64,000 nucleotides of DNA from an uncultured Eubacteriales bacterium. Its GTDB lineage: Bacteria > Bacillota > Clostridia > Christensenellales > UBA1242. The position numbers and the translations under genes were made by a program. Shown piece by piece: positions 35,801-46,227 of the stretch; the stretch's first letter is position 1, and each line of letters opens with the position of its first letter. The notes beneath the pieces were generated by a model. The model was not told where the DNA came from and did no database searches. It worked only from the letters and a program-made list of their open reading frames with translations. The stretch spans positions 5,240 through 69,239 of the forward strand of contig CARUPR010000008.1 of the NCBI GenBank assembly GCA_949077035.1, written 5' to 3'.

Positions 35801-37552
35801 ATGAACTTAATTAAAGAAATTGAAAAAATACTTAAGGTTGCGTGTGAGAAGGCTGGCTATGATGAAAACTTGTCGGTCAGTTTTTCTAATATGGGCAATT
35901 GTGATTTTCAATGCAATGGCTGCTTTGCTTTATCAAAAAAATATGGCAAAAATCCATATGACATTGCCGAAGATATTGTCAGCAAAATTGATGCCACTAT
36001 TTTTAAATTTGAGGTTTCAAGACCTGCCTTTATCAATATTAAGGTGAGCGATGAGGGGTTTGGTAGGCTTGCAAATTTTCTGCTTGCTGACGAAATGGGA
36101 GGACTTGAGAAGAATGAAGTTTCTCAAAAAGTTCTGCTTGATTATGGCGGCGCCAATGTAGCAAAGGCGCTTCATATTGGCCATCTTAGGCCTGCTATCA
36201 TTGGTGAGAGTTTGAAGAGGCTTTATAGGCTTTTGGGCGATGAAGTGATAAGTGATGTTCATCTTGGCGATTGGGGGCTTCAGATGGGACTTACCGAGCT
36301 TCAGCTTTTTGAAGAGGGCAAGCTTGACGGTTATTTTGGTGGAAAGGAAAAATATGATATCACCATTGAAGATTTAAATGAGGCATATCCGGCGGCAAAC
36401 AAACGTAAGGCAACCGATGAAGAGTTTAAGAAAAAGGCTGAAGAGTGGACACTTAAAATTCAGCAAAAAGAAAGTCCTTATTATGATATTTATAAGGTTA
36501 TCAGAGAGCTTTCTGTCAAGGAAATCTCTGCAAACTATCTTAAGCTTGGTGCCTCTTTTGAGCTTTGGAAGGGTGAAAGTGATGCACATGATTTCTGCGA
36601 TGAAGCGGTGAATATTATAAAAGAAAAGGGACTTGCAAAGCTTAGCGAGGGTGCTCTTATTGTAGAGGTGGCTGGCGAGGGCGAGAATGTCCCTGCCGGA
36701 AAAAATGAAGATGGCACCATTCGATACAACAATCCAATGCCTCCATGTTTGATACAAAAGTCAAATGGGGCATATCTATATGCAACAACAGATATTGCGA
36801 CAATACTTATGCGAAACAAGGAATATACTCTTGACCGCATTGAGTATGTCACAGATGGCAGGCAAAAGATGCATTTTAATCAGGTGTTTAGAGTTTGCAA
36901 GAAAAGTGGAATTTCTCCACAAGAGCAAAAACTTGTGCACGTGATAAATGGCACTATGAATGGCAGAGATGGAAAGCCTTTTAAGACACGTTCTGGCGAT
37001 ACTGTAAAGCTTGAGGACATCATTGCAATGCTTATGGATAAGGCAAAAGAAAAGCTTGTTTCAAATGGAGCGGCAAGTGATGATGAAACCGCGCTTATGA
37101 TTGGTGTTGGGGCGATGAAATTTGGTGACCTTTCAAATACTGTCAGCAAAGATTATGTGTTTGACATCGATAAGTTTATGGCGTTTGAGGGCAAGACCGG
37201 GCCATATCTTCAATATATGGTTGTGCGAATCAATTCAATTCTTGAAAAGCTTAATGGCAAACAGGGCGGCGAGATTTTCATTGATTGTGAGGAAGAGCGT
37301 GAAATTCTCCGCACGATAATCAAGCTTAATTCTTCATATCAGATTTGTTATCGTGAGAGGTCACTCAATGCGCTCTGCACAGCCCTTTATGACCTTGCAA
37401 GTGCTTTTGCAACCTTCTATAACAACCATAACATAATAAATGAGAGCGATGAAAACAGGCAAAAAAGCTTTATTTCTCTTATCACTTTGGTGAGAAAAAA
37501 GATGCTGCAGGCTCTTGATGTGCTTGCAATAAATGTCCCTAAAAAAATGTAA
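35801..37552 (+). CDS. argS: arginine--tRNA ligase
   Basis: HIGH motif ALHIGHLR, a class I core, FKTRSGD, and C-terminal anticodon-binding helices. Confidence 0.92.
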   Translation: MNLIKEIEKILKVACEKAGYDENLSVSFSNMGNCDFQCNGCFALSKKYGKNPYDIAEDIVSKIDATIFKFEVSRPAFINIKVSDEGFGRLANFLLADEMGGLEKNEVSQKVLLDYGGANVAKALHIGHLRPAIIGESLKRLYRLLGDEVISDVHLGDWGLQMGLTELQLFEEGKLDGYFGGKEKYDITIEDLNEAYPAANKRKATDEEFKKKAEEWTLKIQQKESPYYDIYKVIRELSVKEISANYLKLGASFELWKGESDAHDFCDEAVNIIKEKGLAKLSEGALIVEVAGEGENVPAGKNEDGTIRYNNPMPPCLIQKSNGAYLYATTDIATILMRNKEYTLDRIEYVTDGRQKMHFNQVFRVCKKSGISPQEQKLVHVINGTMNGRDGKPFKTRSGDTVKLEDIIAMLMDKAKEKLVSNGAASDDETALMIGVGAMKFGDLSNTVSKDYVFDIDKFMAFEGKTGPYLQYMVVRINSILEKLNGKQGGEIFIDCEEEREILRTIIKLNSSYQICYRERSLNALCTALYDLASAFATFYNNHNIINESDENRQKSFISLITLVRKKMLQALDVLAINVPKKM

Positions 37553-37624
37553 AAAAAATTACAAAAAGGTATTTACAAACTCTTATAAATGTGCTATTAT
37601 ATATTCAGAAGAAACGGAGGAATT

Positions 37625-37792
37625 ATGACAGCAGTATTGAAAAAAGGTGAAATACTTTCCTATGGAATTGATAAGACAGCTTTTAAAGGAATGACAATCG
37701 CAAGAAAAAATGAAATTAAAGTAGACCATATTAAGACTATAAAAGATTATGTTGAAACTTATAATGATTTTGAAGATGGTATTCAACTTTAA
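37625..37792 (+). CDS. small hypothetical protein (55 aa)
   Basis: ATG at 37625 follows GGAGGAATT. Candidate promoter TTTACA...TATTAT upstream and a hairpin plus T-run downstream. Confidence 0.5.
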   Translation: MTAVLKKGEILSYGIDKTAFKGMTIARKNEIKVDHIKTIKDYVETYNDFEDGIQL

Positions 37793-37803
37793 TTAAAATT
37801 ATA

Positions 37804-37827
37804 AGCACCCTTAGGGGTGTTTTTTCT
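37804..37827 (+). terminator. intrinsic terminator (imperfect stem)
   Basis: agcaccc-tta-ggggtgtt followed by T6. Confidence 0.5.
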
Positions 37828-37890
37828 TTAAATAAAAAGAGATAAAAGAAAAAGTTTAACATTTTTGTTTGATTTTTCATATATCTAAAT

Positions 37891-38373
37891 ATGGCTGCTG
37901 AATATAACAGAAAATTAGCGGTGGAATACGCAAGAAAATGGGCGCTTAGTGCAAATCCAAAGTTCTATCATTTTGGTGGGATAGGTGGAGATTGCACCAA
38001 TTTTATCTCTCAGTGTTTATTGGCTGGAGGGGGCGTGATGAATTATGACCCTATCAATGGCTGGTTTTACAACAGCGTTGCCAGTCGCTCGCCAAGTTGG
38101 ACGGGTGTTGGTCAGCTTATGACCTTTCTTCTTAGAAATAGGCAGACTAAGGGACCTTATGGCAAAATTGTAAGCCTCAATGATATTGAAGAAGGTGATA
38201 TAATTCAGCTTCGCCAAAATCCCACACATTTTAATCACAGCGTGATTGTGACAAAGATTTTGGGAAGAAAAATTTTTGTTTGCGCCCATACAAATGATGC
38301 AAAAGATAAACCTCTTGATGAATACTTTTTTTTAGAAGCAATGCCTATTCATATAATAGGAATAAAAAATTGA
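37891..38373 (+). CDS. putative amidase-domain protein (Amidase_6-like)
   Basis: YNRKLAVEYARKWA...NPKFYHFGGIGGDCTNFISQCLLAGG...SPSWTGV...GDIIQL...HSVIV. Confidence 0.7.
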   Translation: MAAEYNRKLAVEYARKWALSANPKFYHFGGIGGDCTNFISQCLLAGGGVMNYDPINGWFYNSVASRSPSWTGVGQLMTFLLRNRQTKGPYGKIVSLNDIEEGDIIQLRQNPTHFNHSVIVTKILGRKIFVCAHTNDAKDKPLDEYFFLEAMPIHIIGIKN

Positions 38374-38431
38374 TTGACAAACAAAAGATTTTATGATAAA
38401 ATATATTATATAAATTAAAGAGGAGAAGATT

Positions 38432-38665
38432 ATGAAAGATATCATTGTTGCTATGGAAAAATTGCCTCTTTGGGCAAAAGTTGTTCTTGCACTTCCAATG
38501 CTTGATATTATCTGGGTGGTTTACAGAATTATTAGGTCACTTGATAAGAAAAGTTATTTTGGTGTCATCCTTGCAGTTATCTTGATTATTATTGGAATAC
38601 CTTTCTTATGGCTTATTGACATAATTTGTATTCTTTTAAATGGTCATGTTTTCTGGATTGATTAA
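38432..38665 (+). CDS. small two-helix membrane protein
   Basis: Two hydrophobic segments. SD GAGGAGAAG. Confidence 0.6.
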   Translation: MKDIIVAMEKLPLWAKVVLALPMLDIIWVVYRIIRSLDKKSYFGVILAVILIIIGIPFLWLIDIICILLNGHVFWID

Positions 38666-38846
38666 TTTAAGTGACATAAAAAAAGGCTTAATATATTTAA
38701 GTCTTTTTTTTAATTTATATTTCAATCTTTTTCTAATTTATTATTTCAATCTTTTTGTTGTTTTATAAATTTCAACCTTCGTTTTTTAATTTCTCATTTT
38801 TTTAATTTCAATTTTTATTTTTATTTTTTATTATTTGCTATTCTTA

Positions 38847-39515
38847 TTAATAAGAGAAGTTTGAGGTTGTGCCAATGTTTATCGTTTTAAAGTCATTTTC
38901 ATTCACTTCAACCAGTGATATGATATAACCGAATGTATTTGCCTGATAGCCGCCATAAATTTTTTGATAAATTTCAAGATAATATCTGTCGAGAGCGATG
39001 TTATAATAGGGCATAATTGAATTGACACTGCTTATATAAAGCTGACAATCTTCCTTGTTTTGGCAGCCTGAGTTTGAGCTATCTAAGAATATCCGCTTGC
39101 CTTCATAATCAATTTCAATAATATCATTTTCGATATATGAGGCTTTGATAGAGGGGTTAAAATCTTCGCTATTGAATATTGAAAGAGCTTTTTCGCCTTT
39201 AAAGGAAAAGATTTGATAAAAGCTGTATCCTCCGCTTCCTCCACTTTCTACACTATAAAGGATTTGTTCAAGTCCATTATCGGCAAAGTTTGCAATGAAA
39301 ATTTGTGGATTATAACCTATATTGACTGCAGGCTCGACAATTATTTCATTTTCTTCGCCCTTGACTTTTATCTCAATATTTTCACGATAAAGTTTGCCCT
39401 CACTGCAAAGGCTGACATGATTAAATTTATCACTTTCGATAAGCCTGCCTACTTTATATTCGCAAAGAGGCGATGAAAGGGAAAGGCAGGCTAAAATTAC
39501 TGGTAAAATTTTCAT
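38847..39515 (-). CDS. secreted hypothetical protein
   Basis: N-terminal signal-like MKILPVILACLSLSSPL. No other motif recognised. Confidence 0.6.
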   Translation of the reverse strand: MKILPVILACLSLSSPLCEYKVGRLIESDKFNHVSLCSEGKLYRENIEIKVKGEENEIIVEPAVNIGYNPQIFIANFADNGLEQILYSVESGGSGGYSFYQIFSFKGEKALSIFNSEDFNPSIKASYIENDIIEIDYEGKRIFLDSSNSGCQNKEDCQLYISSVNSIMPYYNIALDRYYLEIYQKIYGGYQANTFGYIISLVEVNENDFKTINIGTTSNFSY

Positions 39516-39681
39516 ATAATTATTATGGGTATAAAAAATGAAAATATGTATATTGAAATAAATCTATTTTTAAGTTTTATTTAATTTTATTTGTTTTATT
39601 TATTTTTGTTTTGCAAATAATAGATATTATGATAATATATATTTATCATTTAATAGCCTACTTGAATTGATTGAGGTGATT

Positions 39682-40251
39682 ATGATTGAGATTAAAGATA
39701 AAAAAGATAGTATTGTTAAGATGAAGGAAATGAGATTAAACTATTTTCCTCTTGATGTCTTTCAGGTTTCTGATGAAAACGGGATTGAAAATTTTATTAA
39801 TACCTTTCCGGCAGATGAATATGTGCTCAGAAGTGCAAATAAGGCAAAGGGAGATTTCTTTTTTGTAAAAACTTTTGAGCAGGTAAAAGAGAAATTAAAG
39901 TTTTTTGAAGATGATGTGACAATAAGTGTTTCTTACAATCCTTATAAAGAGGACATTGTTTTGGTTGGTGATATTATTGTTCATAAAGATTTTTATTCGC
40001 AAACTGTTGATATTACCGCAAGAGATGATATTGAAGCGACTCACAGAAATATTTATGAAAATCCAAAATATAATCTTCACACTTCCATTGAAGATGATAA
40101 ATTATGGAAGATTCCGGGTATATCAAAGATTATGAGATATATTACTGATAATGAACTTTATAATGTCATAATTGAGTTTTCTGTTTATGATTGCAAGATT
40201 GGCGTCAACAAAGATAATGTTGTGATAAGCGAGCTGAGAACGGGGTATTGA
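39682..40251 (+). CDS. hypothetical protein
   Basis: ATG at 39682 follows GAGGTG. No motif recognised. Confidence 0.55.
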   Translation: MIEIKDKKDSIVKMKEMRLNYFPLDVFQVSDENGIENFINTFPADEYVLRSANKAKGDFFFVKTFEQVKEKLKFFEDDVTISVSYNPYKEDIVLVGDIIVHKDFYSQTVDITARDDIEATHRNIYENPKYNLHTSIEDDKLWKIPGISKIMRYITDNELYNVIIEFSVYDCKIGVNKDNVVISELRTGY

Positions 40252-40358
40252 TAAAGTTTGAAAAAACTTAAGAGAATTTTATAAATCATTGAATATTCAG
40301 TTTTACTTGACTTAATATCATATTTTTTATAAAATAGTTGAAAAGGAGGATGTTTGAC

Positions 40359-40895
40359 ATGGATGAAGATTATGACGATTATGATGACGATGGTGGCTTC
40401 AATGACGATGACCAAGATGATAGTTTTAATGATGAAGACAATTCAGCCAGTGAAGATAATGAGCATCCTTATGGCAGTGACCCAGAAGATGAAAATGAAG
40501 ACAAGGGAGACTCTGCTGGCAATGATGAGGAAAAATCTGGCATAAAAGGGATGATTGCCGGTTTAAGAAAAAAACCAAATTTAAAGAAAATGAAAGCAGT
40601 TGCTTCTGCAAATGATTTTGGGCCTCACATTCCTGCCTTTCCTTGCCCTGGTTGTAAACAAGCAAGCCTTTTTTCTGACAAGATTATCCCAACAGGCGTA
40701 AGGGCGACAGTATCAATTGCAAAAGCCTGTATTGGGGTTTTCTCTGCCGAAAAAGATTTAAATATTTTGCGCTTTGTTTGCTTAAATAGTAAGTGCAAAC
40801 ATTTCTGGCCAAGGACTGGTGACAAGTTTATGATGAATGTGGCAAATCCTGGAAAACTTGTTTTGAAAAAAAATCCATTTCATGTAAATAAATAG
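40359..40895 (+). CDS. acidic protein with a C-terminal Cys-ribbon
   Basis: Asp/Glu-rich N-terminal half. CPGC...CLNSKC pairs in the C-terminal half. ATG at 40359 lies 9 nt after AGGAGG. Confidence 0.55.
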   Translation: MDEDYDDYDDDGGFNDDDQDDSFNDEDNSASEDNEHPYGSDPEDENEDKGDSAGNDEEKSGIKGMIAGLRKKPNLKKMKAVASANDFGPHIPAFPCPGCKQASLFSDKIIPTGVRATVSIAKACIGVFSAEKDLNILRFVCLNSKCKHFWPRTGDKFMMNVANPGKLVLKKNPFHVNK

Positions 40896-41215
40896 TTTTT
40901 TTATAAAATACTGCAAAATTTGAAAAAAAAGACGCATAAAAATTGTGTCTTTTTTATTTTTTAGTTATTTTTATTTTACAATCGCTTAAGCACCTTAAAA
41001 TAGGGCGAAAGAGAGGTTTTTTATCTTTAATTTTATTTATTTTTCTGTTGCTTAATATTTATATCGTGTTTTAACCCTATTTTATTGACAAATTTGATTA
41101 AATTTCTTATATTTTTTATATACAAATAATTGCAATTTGATTTTGTATGTGATAAAATATTTCCGTTCATAGATGGCTAATTTAATAATTAGTTTAATTT
41201 AAAAAAAGGATTTTT

Positions 41216-42505
41216 ATGAAAAAAAAGGTTTTGATTTTTACAGTTACTGCTGGCAATGCTCATAATGCTTGTGCTTGCGGTATGGAAAAGAAACTGTTAA
41301 GTATAGATGATGAAGTTGAGGTTAAAGTAGTTGACCTTTTGCATAGCTATTCAAACTGGCTGTATGCTTGGTTGGCAGATGGCGGTTATAACTGGGCGGT
41401 GAGTAGGGCAACATGGTCTTATGATAGATTTTATAATATGTATAAGAGGATTAAGCCTATTCATAGATATACCTGTGCTGCACAGGGGACATCACTTTCC
41501 ACTGTTGATGGGGTTATGAAAGAGATTTTAGAGTTTGAACCTGATGTAATATATTGCACACATTTTTATCCGGCTATTGCGATTACAGACTTAAGGCTTG
41601 TCTATGATTTGCCTTGTAAGGTGATTGTTTCCAATCTTGACTATGTCAATTCTCCTTTCTGGGAGGCTGCGATTGGTGTTGATTATTTTGCTATTCCAAA
41701 TGAAGACTTTATTGAGGAGTGTGTTGAAGAAGGGTTTTCTGTCCAACAACTTCTCCCAATGGGGCTGCCTGTTGATGAACATTCGCTTGAACTGGTTGAA
41801 AAAATCGATGCAAGAAGACAGCTTGGGCTTGATGAAAGCCTTCCAACAATCATGGTTATGTTTGGTGGTGGAAGTTGGAGCGGCGGCTTTAAAATCTTTA
41901 ATGATTTGATTAAGGTTGTGGGAAAGCGACGCGTGCAAATCATTATGATAAATGGTCACGATAAAAAAAGTTTTAAGAAAATTGAAAAAATGAACTTTGA
42001 AGACAATATCAAAGTTGTCAATGTTGGCTTCACCGATAAAATATTTTTATATATGTCCGCCTCAGATTTTATTTTAAACAAATGCGGTGGCGCTTCGATA
42101 ACTGAAGCTCTTAATAAAGGTCTGCCAATGCTTGTGACAACAAAGATTCCGGCACAAGAAAAATATAATTTGAAGTATATTCAAGAAAAAGGCGTTTCAC
42201 TTGCCTTTCATAATAAGAAAGAACTAGAAAAGCATATTGTAACATTGCTTGACGATAAAGATAAGCTGAATGACATGGTTGAAAAGACTAAAGAATTTAG
42301 AAAAAATGCGATTGGCGATTTATCAAGATTTATTTTGTCACAACCAAAAGCTGATTATACAGAGCTTAAAAATTGCAATATAGACCTTTCTAAGATAAAA
42401 AAGATTGTCAGAAAATATGTCAGATTTGCCAATAAAAAAGAACTTAAAAAAGCAAAGAAAACAAAGCAAATGAAAAAAATGGAAAAATTGGGAGAGATAA
42501 AATGA
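41216..42505 (+). CDS. MGDG-synthase-family glycosyltransferase (UgtP-like diacylglycerol glycosyltransferase)
   Basis: N-terminal VLIFTVTAGNAHN motif and a C-terminal GT28-like region NKCGGASITEAL. Candidate promoter TTGACA, 17-nt spacer, TATATT about 110 nt upstream. Confidence 0.6.
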   Translation: MKKKVLIFTVTAGNAHNACACGMEKKLLSIDDEVEVKVVDLLHSYSNWLYAWLADGGYNWAVSRATWSYDRFYNMYKRIKPIHRYTCAAQGTSLSTVDGVMKEILEFEPDVIYCTHFYPAIAITDLRLVYDLPCKVIVSNLDYVNSPFWEAAIGVDYFAIPNEDFIEECVEEGFSVQQLLPMGLPVDEHSLELVEKIDARRQLGLDESLPTIMVMFGGGSWSGGFKIFNDLIKVVGKRRVQIIMINGHDKKSFKKIEKMNFEDNIKVVNVGFTDKIFLYMSASDFILNKCGGASITEALNKGLPMLVTTKIPAQEKYNLKYIQEKGVSLAFHNKKELEKHIVTLLDDKDKLNDMVEKTKEFRKNAIGDLSRFILSQPKADYTELKNCNIDLSKIKKIVRKYVRFANKKELKKAKKTKQMKKMEKLGEIK

Positions 42506-43371
42506 AGATAGCGGTAGTTACAGATAGTAATTCAGGTATTTCACAAAAAGAAGCAAAAGAGATTGGGAATTTAAGGGTTTTGCCTATGCCATTTGCAATT
42601 GATGGTGAAGAATTTTTTGAAGATATCAATCTTTCGCAACAAGAGTTTTATGTTAAGCTGCTTGATGAAGAGGCAAATATCTCTACATCTCAACCTGCAA
42701 TAGGAATGATAACAATATTATGGGAAGAACTTTTGACAGAGTATGATGAAATAATCCACATCCCAATGTCAAGCGGGCTTAGTATGTCCTGCGAAACTGC
42801 AACTAATTTTGCAAAAGAGTATAATGGCAGAGTTCACGTGATAAACAATAGGCGTATTTCTGTCACACAAAAGCAATCGGTTTATGATGCATTAAAACTT
42901 GCTAAAGAGGGCAGAAGTGGATGTGAAATAGCAGAAATTCTGCACAAAACTTCAATGGATGCCAGCATTTATATTATGGTAAGCACCCTTAAATATCTTA
43001 AAAAGGGCGGAAGAGTTACGCCAGCCGCTGCTGCAATTGGCACTCTTTTGAAGATAAAGCCAGTCTTGCAGATTCAGGGTGGCAAACTTGACCAATTTGC
43101 AAAGGTTATGAATGAAAAGGTGGCACGTCAAAAGATGATTGAGGCAGTCAAAAATGATTTAAATAATCGTTTTAAAACTCTTTACAATAATGGCGAGATG
43201 AAATTGGCTGTCGCATATACAAATTGTGAAGATAAGGCAAAATCATTCATGGAAGAGATAAAATTGCAAATCCCTGATGTTGAAATCATAGCTGTTGACC
43301 CACTTTCACTCAGTGTTTCTTGTCATATAGGAAGCGGCGCATTGGCAATTGCTTGTGTGAGAGCTTTATAA
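42502..43371 (+). CDS. DegV-family fatty-acid-binding protein
   Basis: KIAVVTDSNSGI...STSQP...CHIGSGALAIA. 4-nt overlap with the upstream gene. Confidence 0.85.
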   Translation: MKIAVVTDSNSGISQKEAKEIGNLRVLPMPFAIDGEEFFEDINLSQQEFYVKLLDEEANISTSQPAIGMITILWEELLTEYDEIIHIPMSSGLSMSCETATNFAKEYNGRVHVINNRRISVTQKQSVYDALKLAKEGRSGCEIAEILHKTSMDASIYIMVSTLKYLKKGGRVTPAAAAIGTLLKIKPVLQIQGGKLDQFAKVMNEKVARQKMIEAVKNDLNNRFKTLYNNGEMKLAVAYTNCEDKAKSFMEEIKLQIPDVEIIAVDPLSLSVSCHIGSGALAIACVRAL

Positions 43372-43407
43372 TAATAATTTTAAGAAAAATAGGATAAAGA
43401 GGTTAAG

Positions 43408-44229
43408 GTGAACAAACTTAAAGGAAAAATTGCGATAATAACTGGTGCAAGTCGAGGGATTGGCTTGTCAATAGCACAAGTTTTACATAATGAAGGTGTA
43501 AAAGTTTATGATATTTCAAAATCTTTAACACATCATGACTTTATTGCAAAAGGTTTTCAGGCAGATATAAATGACTATCAAAAGGTGAAGGAAATTTTTG
43601 AAGAGATATTTGCTATTGAAGGCAAAATTGACATATTTGTCAATAATGCGGGTTTTGGAATTGCAGGAGCGATTGAATATGCAAATCCAGAAAATATATA
43701 CAAACAAATTGATACCAATCTTGCAGCATATATTGTGCTATCTTCTATTGCAATAAAATATCTGAAAAAGTCTGGCGGAAATATCATCAATATTTCTTCT
43801 GTTGGTGGAATAATTCCGCTTCCTTATCAAGCCACTTACAGTGCAACAAAGGCAGGAATTGAAATTTTTTCAAGGGCGCTTGCAAATGAAGTTAAACAAT
43901 ATAAAATTCATGTTACTGCAATTTTGCCGGGTGATACAAAGACAGGTTTTACAGCTTCGCGTGTAATTGACAATGAAGTTGAAGATAAAACTCAGCAAGA
44001 AAGTATAAGACTTTCTATTGCCAAGGTAGAAAAAGACGAGCAAAAGGGGATGAGCCCTGAAAGTGTTGCAAAAGTTGTGAAAAAAGTTTTGAAAAAGAAA
44101 CATCCACCTCTCAGAGCGACAGTTGGATTTGCCTATAAATTGGTTGCTGTTTTGCCAAGATTGCTTACACTTAAAACTATCAATTTTATAGTAAGAAAAA
44201 TGTATTGCAAAAACAAAAAAACAAAATAA
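43408..44229 (+). CDS. SDR-family oxidoreductase
   Basis: TGASRGIG, NNAG and YSATKAG (YxxxK). Confidence 0.85.
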   Translation: MNKLKGKIAIITGASRGIGLSIAQVLHNEGVKVYDISKSLTHHDFIAKGFQADINDYQKVKEIFEEIFAIEGKIDIFVNNAGFGIAGAIEYANPENIYKQIDTNLAAYIVLSSIAIKYLKKSGGNIINISSVGGIIPLPYQATYSATKAGIEIFSRALANEVKQYKIHVTAILPGDTKTGFTASRVIDNEVEDKTQQESIRLSIAKVEKDEQKGMSPESVAKVVKKVLKKKHPPLRATVGFAYKLVAVLPRLLTLKTINFIVRKMYCKNKKTK

Positions 44230-44335
44230 ATTTAAAGTCTTTAAAAAAATTATTTATATTAATAGAATAAATAGGTAAAAGAAAAATGCATTTTAAAATA
44301 GTAAAAACTTTTTAAGAAGTTTTAAGGAGAAACAA

Positions 44336-44911
44336 ATGGAAGAAGAAAAAATTTTATACAAAAATTCTAGCAAAATGGATGATGAAGAAATCATAATTTT
44401 TCAAAATTATGCTTTAAAAAAGACACTTTTTATTTCATCAATAGTGTTTACTTTAATTTTTATTGCGGTTGGAATTGGGACAAGCTTTTTTGATTTAACA
44501 ATGGGGATTGTTTTTATTGTTTGCGGGCTACTCGGTGGATTTGTCCTTTTGCCATATTTAATAAAAGAAAATGTTAAAAAGCAGAATAAGACTTCTCTTG
44601 GTGATAAAAGATATCTCAATACTTTTGAATTTTATGAAGATTATATTTTTGTTGAAAGTAAGGCATCAGCAAAAGATAAAAATGAATTTCAGCAGGTTGC
44701 AACGCAAAAGGTTTTATATAAAGATGTATTTAAGATTGTTGTGTATAGAGAATTTTTGTTTATCTTTTTAAATGCTCGTCAAAGTTTGATTTTAAATTTT
44801 AAAGGAATGACTTTTGGCACAGCAGGTGAGATGATTGAATTTTTAAAAACCAAATCAATAAAGTTTGTGGATAAGTCAAACGAGAATACTCCTAAGCTTA
44901 GTGAGAAATAA
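44336..44911 (+). CDS. membrane protein (YcxB-like topology)
   Basis: Two adjacent TM helices followed by a soluble C-terminal domain. Confidence 0.45.
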   Translation: MEEEKILYKNSSKMDDEEIIIFQNYALKKTLFISSIVFTLIFIAVGIGTSFFDLTMGIVFIVCGLLGGFVLLPYLIKENVKKQNKTSLGDKRYLNTFEFYEDYIFVESKASAKDKNEFQQVATQKVLYKDVFKIVVYREFLFIFLNARQSLILNFKGMTFGTAGEMIEFLKTKSIKFVDKSNENTPKLSEK

Positions 44912-44926
44912 AATGTAATAAAAATA

Positions 44927-44957
44927 TAAAAACTAGGTAAGTGATACCTAGTTTTTT
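44927..44957. terminator. bidirectional intrinsic terminator
   Basis: aaaaactaggta-agtga-tacctagttttttt. Confidence 0.7.
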
Positions 44958-45083
44958 TAAGGAAGCAAAACAAAGCGAGTAATAGAAATTTTATTGGGTT
45001 TTCTTATGTATTTCAGTATAATTTTAAGTCAGATTATTGCGGACAATTTCCGCTTTTTTTGTCAGTTTGAAAGCTTTTGATAT

Positions 45084-45350
45084 TTAAGCTTTTGCATCAT
45101 TAAGTGCTTTTTGATAAGCTTCAATGATGATATTTTTAAGTTCTAAACGAGTTTCGGTATTGATTGGGTGTGCAATGTCGATATGTTCGCCTTCAGCAGT
45201 TTTTTTGTTTGGCATAGAAATAAACAATCCATCTTTTCCTTCAATGACTTTAATGTCATGCACAACAAAGCAACCATCGATTGTAATAGAAACAATACCT
45301 TTCAATTTTGTTTCGTCTTTTAATCTTACTCTAACATCTGTAATTTTCAC
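45084..45350 (-). CDS. spoVG: septation/sporulation regulator SpoVG
   Basis: [10 protein letters not shown]...[27 protein letters not shown]...DIAHPIN is a canonical SpoVG sequence. Confidence 0.93.
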   Translation of the reverse strand: MKITDVRVRLKDETKLKGIVSITIDGCFVVHDIKVIEGKDGLFISMPNKKTAEGEHIDIAHPINTETRLELKNIIIEAYQKALNDAKA

Positions 45351-45501
45351 TTAAGTTTACCTTCCTTCTTTCTAATTTTGGTTTTTATGAACCTATTTGT
45401 ATTTTACTATTTTTTTCTCTTATTTCCAAACAATTTACGCATTTTTTACGATATTTTTAAATTTTTTTCAACAATTTCTTTTCTCTGTCATAAAAAAGGT
45501 T

Positions 45502-46227
45502 ATGATATACAATTATAATGGCAGTCATATTTATTTTAATTTTATTGACAGGGGCTCAAAGCGACCTGTGATTCTTTTGCATGGTTGGGGAAGAAGCGGT
45601 CAAGACTTTTGCGATGTGATTGAGCATATAAATGACAGGTCTATTCTCACTGTTGATTTTCCGCCTTTTGGTCAGAGTGATAAAGATATTGTTGGCTGGA
45701 ACATATATACATATGCTGGTATGGTCATGTCATTATGTGACCATTTAAAAATTGATAGTGCTGATTTTATCGGCCATTCTTTTGGTGGCAGAATTGTGAT
45801 AATTTTAGCTGCGGTCAAACGTTCACTTGTTCATTCGTGCATACTTGTTGATAGTGCCGGAATGAAGCCTCGCCATTCTATAAAATATCGATATCGGCAG
45901 ATTAAATTGAAATTGGCAAAAAAACTTAAACTTAATTATCATCCAAAAGGTTCTGCCGATTATGAAGCATTGTCCCCCGAAATGAAAGGAACATTTAAAA
46001 GCATAGTAAACACACATCTTGAAGATTATGCAAAAAAAATGCCCATGAAAACCTTGCTCGTTTGGGGCGAAAACGATAATGAAACCCCTCTTTATATGGC
46101 TAAGAAATTGAATAAACTTATAAAAAATTCTAGTCTAAAAATTTTAAAGAATGGCGGACATTTTTCATTTTTTGATTGCAAGCTTGAGTTTTTTATGGCT
46201 TTAGATGAATTTTTCGAGGAGGAATAA
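45502..46227 (+). CDS. alpha/beta hydrolase
   Basis: HGWG oxyanion region, nucleophile elbow GHSFGG, and C-terminal GGHF. I prefer the ATG at 45502 over the low-complexity extension from 45397. Confidence 0.75.
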   Translation: MIYNYNGSHIYFNFIDRGSKRPVILLHGWGRSGQDFCDVIEHINDRSILTVDFPPFGQSDKDIVGWNIYTYAGMVMSLCDHLKIDSADFIGHSFGGRIVIILAAVKRSLVHSCILVDSAGMKPRHSIKYRYRQIKLKLAKKLKLNYHPKGSADYEALSPEMKGTFKSIVNTHLEDYAKKMPMKTLLVWGENDNETPLYMAKKLNKLIKNSSLKILKNGGHFSFFDCKLEFFMALDEFFEEE